From contig NC_043013.1 of NCBI RefSeq assembly GCF_006345805.1, forward strand, positions 17,794,001-17,858,000: a stretch of DNA of 64,000 bases, in the 5' to 3' direction. The stretch comes from Octopus sinensis (Eukaryota). Both the position numbers and the translations under genes were made by a program. Below the pieces are notes generated by a model. That model saw only the letters and a program-made list of their open reading frames with translations, was not told the DNA's origin and made no database searches. Positions 51,491 to 64,000 of this stretch are shown here, piece after piece (position 1 is the stretch's first letter; every line of letters begins with the position of its first letter).

Positions 51491-51912
51491 GTGCTTTTAC
51501 GTGCCACCGCACACAGTGCCAGACAGAGCTGGCAAACGGCCACGAACGGATGGTGCTTTTACGTGCCACCAACACGGGGGCCAGACAGAGCTGGCAAACG
51601 GCCACGAAACGGATGGTGCTCTTACGTGTCACCGGCACGGGGGCCAGGCGAGGCTGGCAACGGACACGAACGGATGGTGCTTTTACGTGCCACCAACACG
51701 GGGGCCAGACAGAGCTGGCAAACAACCACGAAACGGATGGTGCTTTTACGTGTCACCGGCATGGGGGCCAGGCGAGGCTGGCAACGGACACGAACGGATG
51801 GTGCTTTTACATGCCACTGACACGGGGGCCAGACAGGGTTGGCAAACGGCCACGAACGGATGGTGCTTTTACGTGTCACCGACACGGGGGCCAGACAGAG
51901 CTGGCAAACGGC
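51491..51912. repeat. GC-rich 61-63-bp minisatellite (7 units) within an RTE 3' UTR
   Basis: Unit GTGCTTTTACGTGCCACC..GGGGCCAGACAGAGCTGGCAAACGGCCACGAACGGATG. Confidence 0.9.
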
Positions 51913-51913
51913 C

Positions 51914-51946
<33 letters not shown>

Positions 51947-52385
51947 AACAGGAGATTGGAAAAAAATTTTGGTAGTATTTATTCACCATTACATGTGTTT
52001 CATTTTCTAATAGGAGTCACAAAATTGTACATGTAGGAGAAACAAGTAAGGCATCTCCTATCAGAAATTCTGCAGACAGAGAATCAAACAATAGTAAATT
52101 TTTCTCCAGCCTCCAGTTTTGATATGTAATTACTCTGCAGGTTTGATATATATCATTTCCAGCATTTTTCAACTCTTATGCATACCTCATACAAATATAA
52201 CATCTACAAATTTGAAGTACTGGAATAAGCAGATGTGCTTCAAGAACACACAGCTTGGATTATAACCCTGTCTAGATTATATTGTGTGTGTATGTGTGTG
52301 TGTGTATGATGGAAGTCAACTTGTGACCACTTCAACACAGTAAGTCTGTGCAAAAATTTCTAGAGTCCGAGGAGTTCCATTTCTT

Positions 52386-52604
52386 TTATTCTTTTCTCTT
52401 ATTTGTCTCAGTCATTTGACTGCAGCCATGCTGGAGCACCACCTTTAGACAAGCAAATCGACCCCAGGACTTATTCTTTGTCATACTAGTAATTATTCTA
52501 TCAGTCTCTCTTGCTGAACCACTAAGTGACAGGGATGTAAACACACCAGCATCGGTTGTCAAGCGATGCTGGGGGAACAAACACAGACACACAAACATAT
52601 ACAT

Positions 52605-52645
<41 letters not shown>

Positions 52646-52812
52646 CGATGGGCTTCTTTCGGTTTCCATCTACCAAATCCACTCACAAGGCTTTGGTCGG
52701 CCCGAGTCTATTGTAGAAGACACTTGCCCAAGATGCCACGCAGTGGGACTGAACCCGGGACCATGTGGTTGGTAAGCAAGCTACTTACCACACAGCCACT
52801 CCTGCGCCTATA
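52386..52812 (-). mobile_element. Full-length SINE family B
   Basis: Reverse complement of 22981-23350. Confidence 0.9.
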
Positions 52813-53340
52813 TGTATGAATCTGCTTTGAGTAGATAAAGTGTTGCACAACATTCAGTCCTTTTCAGTGCAGTCAGCTATAAAACCAGAGGCATAGCAGA
52901 GGCTGAAGTGACCAGTAACTAACTGTACATCATTTCTTTTGTACAAGTTCACCTTGTCTTAGAAGGAAGTTCTAACAAGAACAAGGGGTCCTTCACTCAC
53001 AGTTGTTCACATGCTAGTTGATCCATAGCTGGGACCTTAACAGATGCTACTACTCTGGATAAGAGTAGACCTGGGAACAACAGTGACTAAGAGTTAGTTC
53101 CACATTCCTCAAAACTCCCAGAACTCCTATACCAGGGTCCCACTACAGGATGCAGATTAAAGTTATAAGAAGGACTTGGACACACACACACACACACAAA
53201 CATGCACATGTTCTATACACACACACATGCATATAAACAGATGATTTGGGTTTTCTTTTGCTATTATTATCAGAAACCATTATATTTCACTTTATGTACT
53301 GAGTGGCGACTCTATTCATTTGTATTAACAAAGCTATATA

Positions 53341-54254
53341 CAGGATGTTCATAAAGTTTCTTTACAATTTTAAAATTTTATTACAAAAGCAATTGACAAA
53401 ATATCTTAACCAGATTTGTTTTATTGTAATAATTGTTTATTAAAGTTTTTTTAATTGTTATTTAATAGACCTCAATATGGGTACCGTTAGTTGCGCGAAG
53501 CACATCAAGACGGCACTCGATTTCTTGCCATGTTCGCTGTAGGATAGCCTCATCAATGGTGGCAATGGCATTACGAATTCTTTGCTTCAAGTCAGCAATG
53601 TCCCGTATCTTTGTTTGATATAGATATCTTTTACATAACCCCATAAAAAGAAGTCCAAGGGAGTGATATCTGGTGAACGCAGTGGCCATGGAATTGACCC
53701 ATCCCTTCCAATCCATCGGTCTGGAAATGTTTGATTGAGGAACTGATGAACATACCGTCCCCAATGTGGTGGTGCACCATCTTGCTGGAGAATGATGGTT
53801 GGTTGTAAATCAATCAGTTGTGGTGCCACATATTCGGTCAGAAGGTCGAGGTAAACATCTGCAGTAATTGTGCCTCGTTGAAGAAAAATGAACCAATTAT
53901 TTGATTGCACATGATTCCATACCACACATTCACTCTTGGACTATCCCGTTGAAGCAACCTAGTCACATGGAGGTGTTCTGATCCCCAGTTTCTCAAATTG
54001 TGTCTGTTTAATTTCCCTGAAACATGAAAGTCGCCTCGTCACTAAAACAAACTCACTTGAGGAATACTTCATCCTCATTTTATAGGGTTCAGTGAATCAG
54101 TTCCATTCCATCAACAGAGTATCTGAAACACAAAAATTAAATATCAATGAAAACTTTAATAAACAATTATTAAAATAAAATAAATCTGGTTAAAATATCT
54201 CATCAACTGCCTTTGTAATAATTTTTTTAAATTGTAAAGAGACTTTATGGACAC

Positions 54255-54257
<3 letters not shown>
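53341..54257 (-). mobile_element. rosa-type (DD41D) Tc1/mariner transposon, internally deleted, both long TIRs intact
   Basis: QQDGAPPHW...WPLRSPDITPLDFFLWG with 41-residue D-D spacing; ~115-bp TIRs starting CAGG(A)TGT(T/C)CATAAAG; TA on both sides. Confidence 0.9.
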
Positions 54258-54326
<69 letters not shown>

Positions 54327-54602
54327 TGTGTGGTGTATATACTATATATATATATATATACAAGATAAGAAAATGGAGAAATACATCTAAATCAAATATC
54401 AATTACCAGATAATACTCAATCACATACTTTATTAAACCACCACATAAGAGACTATAGGGTTAAATATAAAATGCAGAACAAATCAGTGTACATAAAGGA
54501 ATGTACATAAAAAATTGTACATAAACGAGTAATGTTGTATAATAAGTAGAATATATATAAAAGAGAATATAAATATAAGTAAATATAAATATAAGTATAG
54601 AT

Positions 54603-54735
54603 TACATCTTACAGCTGTTTCGGCCATGTAGATAAGTATGTCTCATTTTACCAATATTAGCCCTTTATGGTTGGTCAATATATAGATATAAATGAGACAT
54701 TTACAAAAAATCATAAGGCCTCTTCGGAGGGGTAT
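54603..54735 (-). ncRNA. Hammerhead with ~99-nt stem II and U4C core
   Basis: CCCCT CCGAAGA GGCC...ATGTCTCATTT..AAATGAGACAT...GGCC GAAA CAGCTG TA^AGATGTA; same family as 22046-22341. Confidence 0.7.
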
Positions 54736-54826
54736 ATATGTAGACTGATTTATATTACATAATCTACTAGTATTTGCTCCTTCCATGGGTATAAGTAAGT
54801 ATCTCATTTATTTCTTTTACCACATG

Positions 54827-54884
54827 TATCACTGACGAAGAGAGGGCTCTTAGTAGCTAACTCTGAAATCGGTCCGATATGGTA
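54827..54884 (+). ncRNA. Minimal type I hammerhead ribozyme
   Basis: TATCA CTGACGA AGAG...CTCT GAAA TCGG-T-CCGA TA^TGGTA; AUA triplet; predicted cut after 54879. Confidence 0.8.
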
Positions 54885-56047
54885 ATAATGGAATTTTTTA
54901 GAAATTTCTGTCAACCTTTTTTCGAGTAGCGTGCGTATTGTGAAAAAATTATATGGTTAATGGACAATATGTCCAATTTTTGACATTAGAATTCTTTTCC
55001 TTTGCCCTCATTTATGAATTGTTTATAAATTTAACCGTCAAAGGTATTTTTTAATATGCTGGCCATTGATAAAATTTTTTTCGAGAAAATATTTTTTTTC
55101 GAAAAGAATTTATCCTCACATTTTATATATATATATATATATATGATATATATACCTACGGGTGGTGGTGTAACACACCATACTAATCATATCTGTTGGG
55201 CATGTGAAGAGAGTGTAATTCGGTAGGAGGACTTAAACGACATGCCAAAGGTACATGAAGCCCAGTTACAAACTACAGCGGCTATTGCCAGTAAAGGTTT
55301 TTAGCTGCCAATTCTGTTCCTCCATGCTGGTATGTGTTATGTGGCTTGACGGCATCTGATAAGTCAGAAGACTGCATCAAGCTCCAGTGTTTGTTAAGGC
55401 ATGCAAATATACACAAATATTTGTACTTTATTTTGGGTATGTGTATATGTATATATATATGTGGTAAATGGATACAGATATGGACAGATAGATATACAGA
55501 TAGATAGGTACATAGGTAATATGGACAGATGGGCACAAACACACATATACACACATACGTGCAAATGAAGACTGAAACACATGACCATATATACACATGC
55601 ACATTTCACCCAATGACACATATGGAGACATACGTAACAGATGCATGCACATAGTTACATAAACTCATACACAGATACATTCAAACATGCACACACAAAG
55701 AGACAGAGGTACACACACAAATACACACTCACACACACATACAAATGCACATACATGAACACAAACATAAACACACACACACAAACACATGGATATGCAA
55801 AATACATACATACATACAAACGTGCACGCATGCATACATATATATACATGCACATGCACACACATGCATACACAAACATGCAGAGTATATGCATACATAC
55901 AAACGTGCACACATGCGTACATATGTATATGCACACACACATACATGCATGCACGCACATACATACACACATACACACATGCATACATACGTATGTGTAT
56001 GGGCATACACACTGAGGCACACGCACACTGATACATACACATACTCT

Positions 56048-56287
56048 TTTACTCTCTTACTTGTTTCAGTCATTTGATTGTGGCCATGCTGGAGCACCAC
56101 CTTTTTAGTCGAGCAAATCGACCCCAGGACTTATTCTTTGTAAGCCTAGTACTTATTCTATCGGTCTATTTTGCCGAACCACTAAGTTAAGGGGACGTAA
56201 ACACACCAGCATCGGCTGTCAAGCGATGTTGGGGGGACAACACAGACACCAAACAATACACATACATACATATATATATACATATAT

Positions 56288-56332
<45 letters not shown>

Positions 56333-56345
56333 ATATTATATATAT

Positions 56346-56397
<52 letters not shown>

Positions 56398-56398
56398 T

Positions 56399-56441
<43 letters not shown>

Positions 56442-56604
56442 GACAGGCTTCTTTCAGTTTCCGTCTACCAAATCCACTCATAAGGCTTTGGTCGGCCCGA
56501 GGCTATAGTAGAAGACACTTGCCCAAGGTGCCACACAGTGGGACTGAACCCGGAACCATGTGGTTGGTAAGCAAGCTACTTACCACACAGCCACTCCTAC
56601 GCCT
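56048..56604 (-). mobile_element. SINE family B with expanded internal (TA)n
   Basis: Reverse complement of 22981-23350. Confidence 0.9.
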
Positions 56605-56973
56605 ACATGCATACAAAAAACAACGCAATTCCGATAACGGACAGATTCAACATTTGTTGAAAAGGTTGCAAGTCGCAACGAAAATTTTTATAAAAATAAA
56701 TAAGTAAATGAGTGGAAATCGGTGAGTGTGTTAAATTAATAAGGCACTAAACGAGAATGCACACGCACACACACACACACATACACATGCACACATATAT
56801 ATTGAAGATATATATCATTATCAGGTAAAAGTGATAAGACTGTTATGACAATTCCTCATCTGCTACTTAAAGTTGTTTTATTATTTTCTATCGGCCAGGT
56901 GTAGAAGTTATATCTTTGATTAGTCTTGGTGGAATGTACCACCACCACCACCACCACCACCACCACCATCACC

Positions 56974-57012
<39 letters not shown>

Positions 57013-57498
57013 GTGACAACATTAATGTACAAAACAAAATTTATTAAATTTAGTCTTTGATGCCTGAGTGTTTGCTTTCTTGCATATGTATAGACATGTG
57101 AACCCAGACATGGTTGAATAGCTGAGAAGTTCCTTCAGTAATTATAAGGTCTCCAGTTTCTATTGTGTACTATCATGGGTAACCAGAGCTTCCAAAAGCT
57201 GTGAATGAAATTATATTGATGGAAACTGTGTGGAAGACCATTGGATGAATGTAAGGATGCCATACATATTTAGAATTTAATGTAAGATACTATTTATCCC
57301 TACTTAAATGTGGATGTTCTGTTAGAACAAACTATACTGTGGTAGATATCGTGAGTGACACTCTCATATTGGCTTTTGGTGCAAAATGCATTCTTGTTAA
57401 TATTGCTGGCAAGAAGATAAATCCCCACCACTTCCAGTGCTGAGGCTACCAGACCACAATATTTTGACCTTTCTTGGTCATGTCAGTGATGGATATTT

Positions 57499-57517
57499 GA
57501 CCACTAGAGGGCGCAGC
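57499..57517 (+). promoter_or_regulatory. Consensus CTCF-binding motif
   Basis: GACCACTAGAGGGCGCAG matches the CCASYAGRKGGCRS core; TGACTCA at 57520-57526. Confidence 0.55.
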
Positions 57518-58228
57518 AATGACTCATATCCTTGCTAGCTATACATAGAATAACAGTGAATAAAAATATATATTAAAGATTACGTAAAACACAGAAAAAT
57601 CTAGATTGGGTGACCTAATCCTACACAATGAAAATGCTCCTTCTGGGCTCCCCATGATTCAGATCCTCTCCTTCAGTAATTGCTTTTCTGATTTCAATTA
57701 TTTTTTCCATAAATGCTCAAGAGTAATTTGAGAGTTGGGGGTGATCAGGAAAATGGCCACATCCTGACGGTGGTTAACATAAAATTCTTTCTGTCATTAT
57801 CTAAAGGAAAAAATTTTTTTTTCAATATCCTGTCTTTTGCTAGTTCTATGTAATTAGTGACACATAGGCACAAGAGTGGCAGTGTGGCAAGTAGCTTGCT
57901 TTCCAACCACATGGTTCTGGATTCAGTACCACAGTGTGGCACCTTGGGCAACTGCTTTTTCTACTATAGTCTCGGACCTACCAAAGCCTTGTGTTTGGAT
58001 TTGGTAGATAGAAACTGAAAGAAGTCTGTCATATATATATATATATGGAAAAAAAGTCAAGATAGAAAATGCTAAAATAAATAAAAGTTTGTTGCAAGTC
58101 TAATTGGCAAATGATGAGGTTGGACTTTTACTCAATTTTTTAATCATTAAAAAATACAGCTACTTTTGTTTCACAAAGCTTGGCGTGTGTGTATGTGTGC
58201 ATGCATGCATGTGTGTGTGTGTGTGAAT

Positions 58229-58303
<75 letters not shown>

Positions 58304-58837
58304 TTGTATTTATTACTGTTGCTGTTTTTGACAAAATTATTGCTGTGACCACACTTAGAAATGACAATAGTTTTCAGCTTGATATCCTTGTGAAGTTTTG
58401 TTCTGCATTTGTGCTTAAACTCTTTGGAAATGTATTCAGTTTCATGATTTTTATTATGGTAGGCATTACGTGCCCACATCATTAATGCATGCATGCAAGA
58501 CAGAGGGAAGAGATTATCAACCAACAGACCCTTTATTTTTTTTTCTCTAGACTTCATATGTGCAAACTTCCAAATATTCAAATTCTTCCTCTATAAAAAT
58601 AAATCCAAAAAATTATTTTTTTATGCAGTTTAAATATGATATTAACCAAAACCTTAAAGAGTAAACCAAAAGCATACATGAACAAATCAGTAGTTACCAT
58701 TGTGTTAATGTCTACATTTCCTAATTGCATGTGTTGGACAAAACTTATTGAAGCAGGTTTTCTATGGCTAGATACCCTTCTTGTTGCCATCACCTGCTTC
58801 CAAGCAAGGTAATATTTCCTGCCGCTCCTTTTTTTTT

Positions 58838-59044
58838 TACTCCTTTTTACTCGTTTCAGTCAGTTGACTGTGGCCATGCTGGAGCACCACCTTTAGTCGA
58901 GCAAATCGACCCCAGGACTTATTCTTTGTAAACCTAGTACTTGTTCTATCAGTCTCTTTTGCCAAACCGCTAAGTTACGGGGACGTAAACACACCAGCAT
59001 CGGTTGTCAAGCAATGTTGGGGAGACAAACACAGACACACAAAT

Positions 59045-59089
<45 letters not shown>

Positions 59090-59262
59090 TATATATATAT
59101 ACAACAGGCTTCTTTCAGTTTCCGTCTACCAAATCCACTCACAAGGCTTTGGTCGGCCCAAGGCTATAGTAGAAGACACTTGCCCAAGGTGTCACGCAGT
59201 GGGACTGAACCCGGAACCATGTGGTTGGTAAGCAAGCTACTTACCACACAGCCACTCCTACG
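58838..59262 (-). mobile_element. Full-length SINE family B
   Basis: Reverse complement of 22981-23350. Confidence 0.9.
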
Positions 59263-59457
59263 CTGGTCTTTTAAATATGAACAGCACAATTGATCCCATA
59301 GGTTTTCACAGAAGAATGAAAAGTAATAATAATAATCGTAACTGTTTCTAATATATGCACAAAACCTGAAATTTGGGGAGAAGGGAATAGGCGATTATAT
59401 TGATCCCAGTGTTCCACTGGTACTTTATTATATCAACCCTGGAGGGATAAAAGTTAA

Positions 59458-59679
59458 CCCATTAACATTTAAACTGGCCTTAACCAACCAAAATACTCTA
59501 CCTTTTTTTAATATTCAAAATGGCCTCATTCAGCCTTTTACACTTGCTCTACAATATCTTTCAAGAAATGAATAATTACCTAATCAAAATCTGAAGGTTA
59601 CAAGACGATAAATAATTAGTTGGAAATAATGTGAATAAATAAGCATTACATTTGACAGAGATATCTGAATGCTAAGGGG
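59458..59679. mobile_element. TTAA-flanked MITE (same family as 570-785)
   Basis: TTAA|CCCATTAACATT ... AATGCTAAGGGG|TTAA. Confidence 0.7.
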
Positions 59680-59916
59680 TTAATGATGATTTCAGCTGAA
59701 TTTGTGATAAGAAGGCAGAGTTTTGTCTGACATTCTAATGAGTCTATCCATCTACTACTCTTGCAATAATAATAATAATAATAATGGTTTCAAATTTTGC
59801 CACAAGGGCAGCCATTTTATAGAAAGAGATAAGTCGAATGTAAAGACTGATGAAATACTGCCAAGCATTTTGCCCAACATGCTAATGATTCAGCCAGATT
59901 GCCGCCATATCGCGAC

Positions 59917-59957
<41 letters not shown>

Positions 59958-60146
59958 GTAATAATAATAATAATAATAGTAGTAGTAGTAGTAGTAGTAG
60001 TAATAATAATAATAATGATAATAATAATAATAATAATAATAATAATTGTTTTCAAATTTTGGCACGAGGCTAGTAATTTTGAGAGAGGAGGTAAGTTGAC
60101 TATGTTAACCACAGTGATCAACTGGAATTTATTATTGTGATTATTG

Positions 60147-60182
<36 letters not shown>

Positions 60183-60191
60183 AATAATAAT

Positions 60192-60229
<38 letters not shown>

Positions 60230-60371
60230 CAACATAACAATAATGGCTAGAAATGACGATAAAGTTACAGTTATTATTATTATTAATAATAATAATAATT
60301 AATATAAAAAATAATATAATAATAATATACAACAACAATAACAATAATGGCTAGAAAATGACGATAAAGTT

Positions 60372-61952
60372 ACAGCTACGATATCCTTAACTGGTCACTG
60401 AATGAACCAACCAAAATAGATAGGAAAACAAAAAAAATAATGACAGTTTCTAGGATGCACCACCCAAAATCTGACATAGAAAGGCTATATATACAACGTA
60501 TAGAAGGTGGTAGAGGCCTTATGCAGCTGGAAAGCTATTATAAAATAACCACCATAGGACTGCAAAAATACCTACTTCAGAAGCAAGGAAAACTTATACA
60601 AATAGCCGCAAAACACGAGCAAAACAAAAAAACTGTTCTCAGTATTTAAGGAAGCTGACAAATACAAACAAGAAATACTACCTAACAAATATGAAGAAGA
60701 AGAAGAAGAAGAAGAAGAAGAAGAAGAAGAAGAAGAAGAAGAAGAAGAAGAAGAAGAAGGGGAGGGGAGGGGGAGGAAGAACAAGAAGAGAAGGGGGAGG
60801 AGGAAGAAGAAGACGAGGAGGAGGAGGAGAAGAAGACGAGGAGGAGGAGGAGGAGGAGGAAGAAGAAGACGAGGAGGAGGAGGAGGAAGAAGAAGAAGAC
60901 GAGGAGGAGGAGGAGGAGGAGGAGTAAGAAGAAGAAGAAGACGAGGAGGAGGAGGAGGAGGAGGAAGAAGAAGAAGAAGAAGAAGAAGACGAGGAGGAGG
61001 AAGAAGAAGAGAAGGAGGAGGGGGAAGAAGAAGAAGAAGAAGAAGGAGGAGGAGGAGGAGGAGAAGAAAACACAACAAAAGCTATAAAGCAAATGAAATC
61101 AAAACTAAAACGATGGCGAGAAAAGCCCCTTCATGGCAAATATTGGACTAAACTAAATGCAAAAGAAATAGACAGAGAAAAATCCCAGCAATGGTTGAGA
61201 AGCTCAGGACTCAAAGCAGAGACAGAGGGATTTTTAATTGCAGCACAAACCAAGCCTCCCCACCAGAAATTACCAAAACATAATGAAAAGAAACCATAAC
61301 GAGTAATTGCAGAATATGTGGAGATGGACAAGAAACAATAATCATATTATCTCTTGCTGCCCAGTCCTGCTAAGAAGGAATACTCACAGACACGACAGAG
61401 TTGGGACCTACATACACTGGAAGCTATGCCAATATTATGAATAACAACAAAAAAAATTTATAGAGGCACATGCCAGAAAAGGTCACAGAAACAAGAAAGC
61501 AATCATACTTTGGGATGTGCCAATACACACAGATAGAGAAATTAAGGTCAACAGACCAGATATAGTTGTCAGAGATCATGAAGAAAAAAATGCTTTCTAA
61601 TTGCTGTATCAATACCAGCAGATGACAACGTGTCTCTAAAATAAATGGAGAAACTTTCAAAATACCAAACCTGGAAATAGAGGTAACTAGAATATGGAAT
61701 CTAAAAACAAACATTCCTATCATAGTAGGCGCATTAGGTATGATAAAAAAATATTCAGACAATGCATAAACAAACACCAGGACTTATAATATTATAAAAT
61801 ACAGAAAATTGCACTACTGGACACTGCACACATCCTACACAAAACACTCTCATACAGTAACCATAAGAGCATTCACACAAACCACAGCACATACCAAGGC
61901 ACCCAGAGCTGCGCTCGTAGTGAAGTGAAAGCACACTATAAAAATACAACTA

Positions 61953-61960
<8 letters not shown>
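60372..61960 (+). mobile_element. 5'-truncated R4/Dong-clade non-LTR retrotransposon in (TAA)n
   Basis: HPKSDIERLY..EGGRGL, WLRSSGLKAETEGFLIAAQ, CCHC-type zinc knuckle remnant, REL endonuclease NRPDIVVRD; 3' end runs into (TAA)n. Confidence 0.9.
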
Positions 61961-62016
<56 letters not shown>

Positions 62017-62044
62017 GTTATAATAATTAATGATGATGCTGACA

Positions 62045-62265
62045 ATGGTTGCTGTTTTAGGCACAAGGCCAGAAATTTAAGTGGAAGGGGTTAGTGAATA
62101 CCTTTGACCCCTGCACTTAGATTGGTACTTATTTTATAGACCCCTGAAAGGATGAAAGGCAAAGTTGATCTCAGTGGGATTTGAACTCAAAATGTAAAGA
62201 ACTGGAACAAAAAATGCAAGCATTTGTTTTCCCAACGCTTTAATGATTCTGCCACGTTGCTCCTT
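62045..62265 (-). mobile_element. tRNA-like SINE with (TTA)n-associated end (other copies at about 16590, 24860, 59340, 60050)
   Basis: Shared core GACCCC.GAAAGGATGAAAGGCAAAGT...GGATTTGAACTC. Confidence 0.6.
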
Positions 62266-62269
62266 ATAT

Positions 62270-62328
<59 letters not shown>

Positions 62329-62332
62329 AATG

Positions 62333-62377
<45 letters not shown>

Positions 62378-62413
62378 TGAAGAAGAAATAGAAGTGCTAC
62401 AACAACAAAAACA

Positions 62414-62611
62414 ACACAAAAGTAAGCAAGCACACTGGATTCGCTTCAGTTGTTGGTGAAACCTTAATCTGTTGTTTTGATAAAGACCAGCTAATGTACC
62501 AGGTCATTTGAACACAAAAGTAAGCAAGCACACTGGATTCGCTTCAGTTGTTGGTGAAACCTTAATCTGTTGTTTTGATAAAGACGCAGCTAATGTAGCC
62601 AGGTCATTTGA
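62414..62611. repeat. 98-bp tandem duplication of unique sequence
   Basis: ACACAAAAGTAAGCAAGC...CAGGTCATTTGA twice. Confidence 0.9.
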
Positions 62612-62885
62612 TTCCAAATCTTGGGCAAGAAGATATTCTGTGGAGGATATCAGTGACAGACCAGTTAGGTGTTATCTGTTCATTTCAGGTAATTTGGTCT
62701 GGGAATGAAACCTGTGACGCCGGGGTTTTTCAGTGTTTTAAATACTCCCCTCCCAACCTCACTTGCATCCCATCAACCCTACCTCTCCAAACACACACAC
62801 ACACACACTCCTCCTTCTCACACACACCATTCGAAGGCAAGTAATATGTAACTTCTTCTCTCTCTCTCTCTTTCTATGTGTGTGT

Positions 62886-62935
<50 letters not shown>

Positions 62936-62989
62936 CACACACACATATATCATCATGATCATCATGATCATCATCAGCAGCAGCATCAG

Positions 62990-64000
62990 CATCATTTAAT
63001 GTCTGCTTTCCATGCTGGCATGGATTGGACAGTTTGACTGAGGACTGGCAAGCCAGGGGGATGCACCAGGCTCCAATTTGATCTGGCAAGGTTTCTACTG
63101 CTGGATGCCCTTCCTAGCACCAACTACTCCGAGAGTGTAGTCAGTGCTTTTTACGTGTCACCTGCACGGGGTCATTCTGGCAGCACTGGCAATCAACCAT
63201 GCTTGAATAGTGCTTTTTACATGCCACTAGCACAGGTGCCAGTCAGGCGGTACTGGCATTGGCCACGACATGATTTCACTTGACTCAACAGGTCTTCTCA
63301 AGCACTGCATATCTCCAAAGGTCTCGGTCCCTAGTTATTGCCACTGTGAGGCCCAACGTTTGAAGGTCATGCTTCACCACCTCATCCCAGGTCTTCTTGG
63401 GTCCACCTCTTCAACAGGTTCCCCCCACTGTTAGGGTATGACACTTCTTCACACTGCTGTACTCATCCATATGTAACACATGACCATACTAGAGCAGTCG
63501 TCTCTGTTGCACACCACATCTGATGCTTCTTATGTCCAACTTTTATTTCAGGGCACTTACACTCTGTTGTGTATGCACACTAACATTACACATTCATCAG
63601 AGCATACTAGCTTTATTTCTTTCAAGCCTACACATGTCCTCAGCAGTCACATCCCATGTTTCTCTGCCATGTGGCATGGCTGTTCGCACACATGCATCAT
63701 ACAGTCTACTTTTCACTTTGAGTGAAAGGCCCTTTGTTATCAGTAGAAGGAGCTCTCTGAACTTTGTCTTGGCTATTCTTATTCTAGCAGCTACGCTCTC
63801 ATAACATCTACCCCCACTACTGACTTGGTCATCTAGGTAGTGGAAGCTATCAACAACTTCTAGTTTTCCCCCTGATATATGATGGAAGCTGCTTTCTGCA
63901 CATTTTCAGTGTTTACTGCCCCTGTGCATCTTCCACACACAAAAACTATCTTCTTAGTTAACCTTCCTTTGATATTGCTGCACCACTTATGTGTCTATAG
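62990..64000 (-). mobile_element. RTE LINE 3' end (ORF2 end, 3' UTR and (GAT)n tail), runs off the window
   Basis: Similar to 3790-4590; links the (GAT)n-tailed repeat to RTE. Confidence 0.85.

Noticed and set aside
51491-51912. Possible CRISPR-like array
   Set aside because: Units are contiguous with no unique spacers, in a eukaryotic LINE context
60572-61092. Poly-L/S/K/E ORFs
   Set aside because: Frames of the GAA/GAG expansion in the Dong element
62560-62650. Minus-strand exon-like EYLLAQDLESNDLATLAASLSKQQIK
   Set aside because: Weak donor (GTTTCA), no recognisable homology, partly inside a tandem duplication

Overview
This is an AT-rich, intron/intergenic-type animal window, dense in microsatellites and repeats. 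The repeat families look like those of a coleoid cephalopod, probably Octopus (inference from repeat recognition only). Most six-frame ORFs are artefacts of (TA)n, (CA)n, (GA)n and (TAA)n tracts. One clear protein-coding exon is present (9044-10021, minus strand, phase 0-0). It encodes a probable CARD/death-fold domain followed by a basic motif and an Asn/Asp/Thr-rich tail. A candidate first exon with a CpG-rich 5' region lies at about 48.9 kb on the same strand. The rest is mobile DNA: RTE, CR1-like and R4/Dong LINE fragments, tRNA-derived SINEs, Tc1/mariner-superfamily relics (maT DD37D, rosa DD41D, mariner, Tigger), TTAA-flanked MITEs and two non-autonomous Helitrons. The main discovery is 13 minimal type I hammerhead ribozyme motifs, read by eye, between 22 and 55 kb. 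Five have an intact CUGANGA/GAAA/NUH core. They belong to several unrelated sequence families, and their stem III sequences differ but are self-complementary (two copies carry single mutations). They sit in short non-coding elements mostly next to (TA)n arrays, three times as divergent inverted pairs. This suggests a diverse Penelope-like/retrozyme-type non-autonomous retroelement system. No cleavage activity, homology search or folding calculation could be run; all structures are hand-derived.
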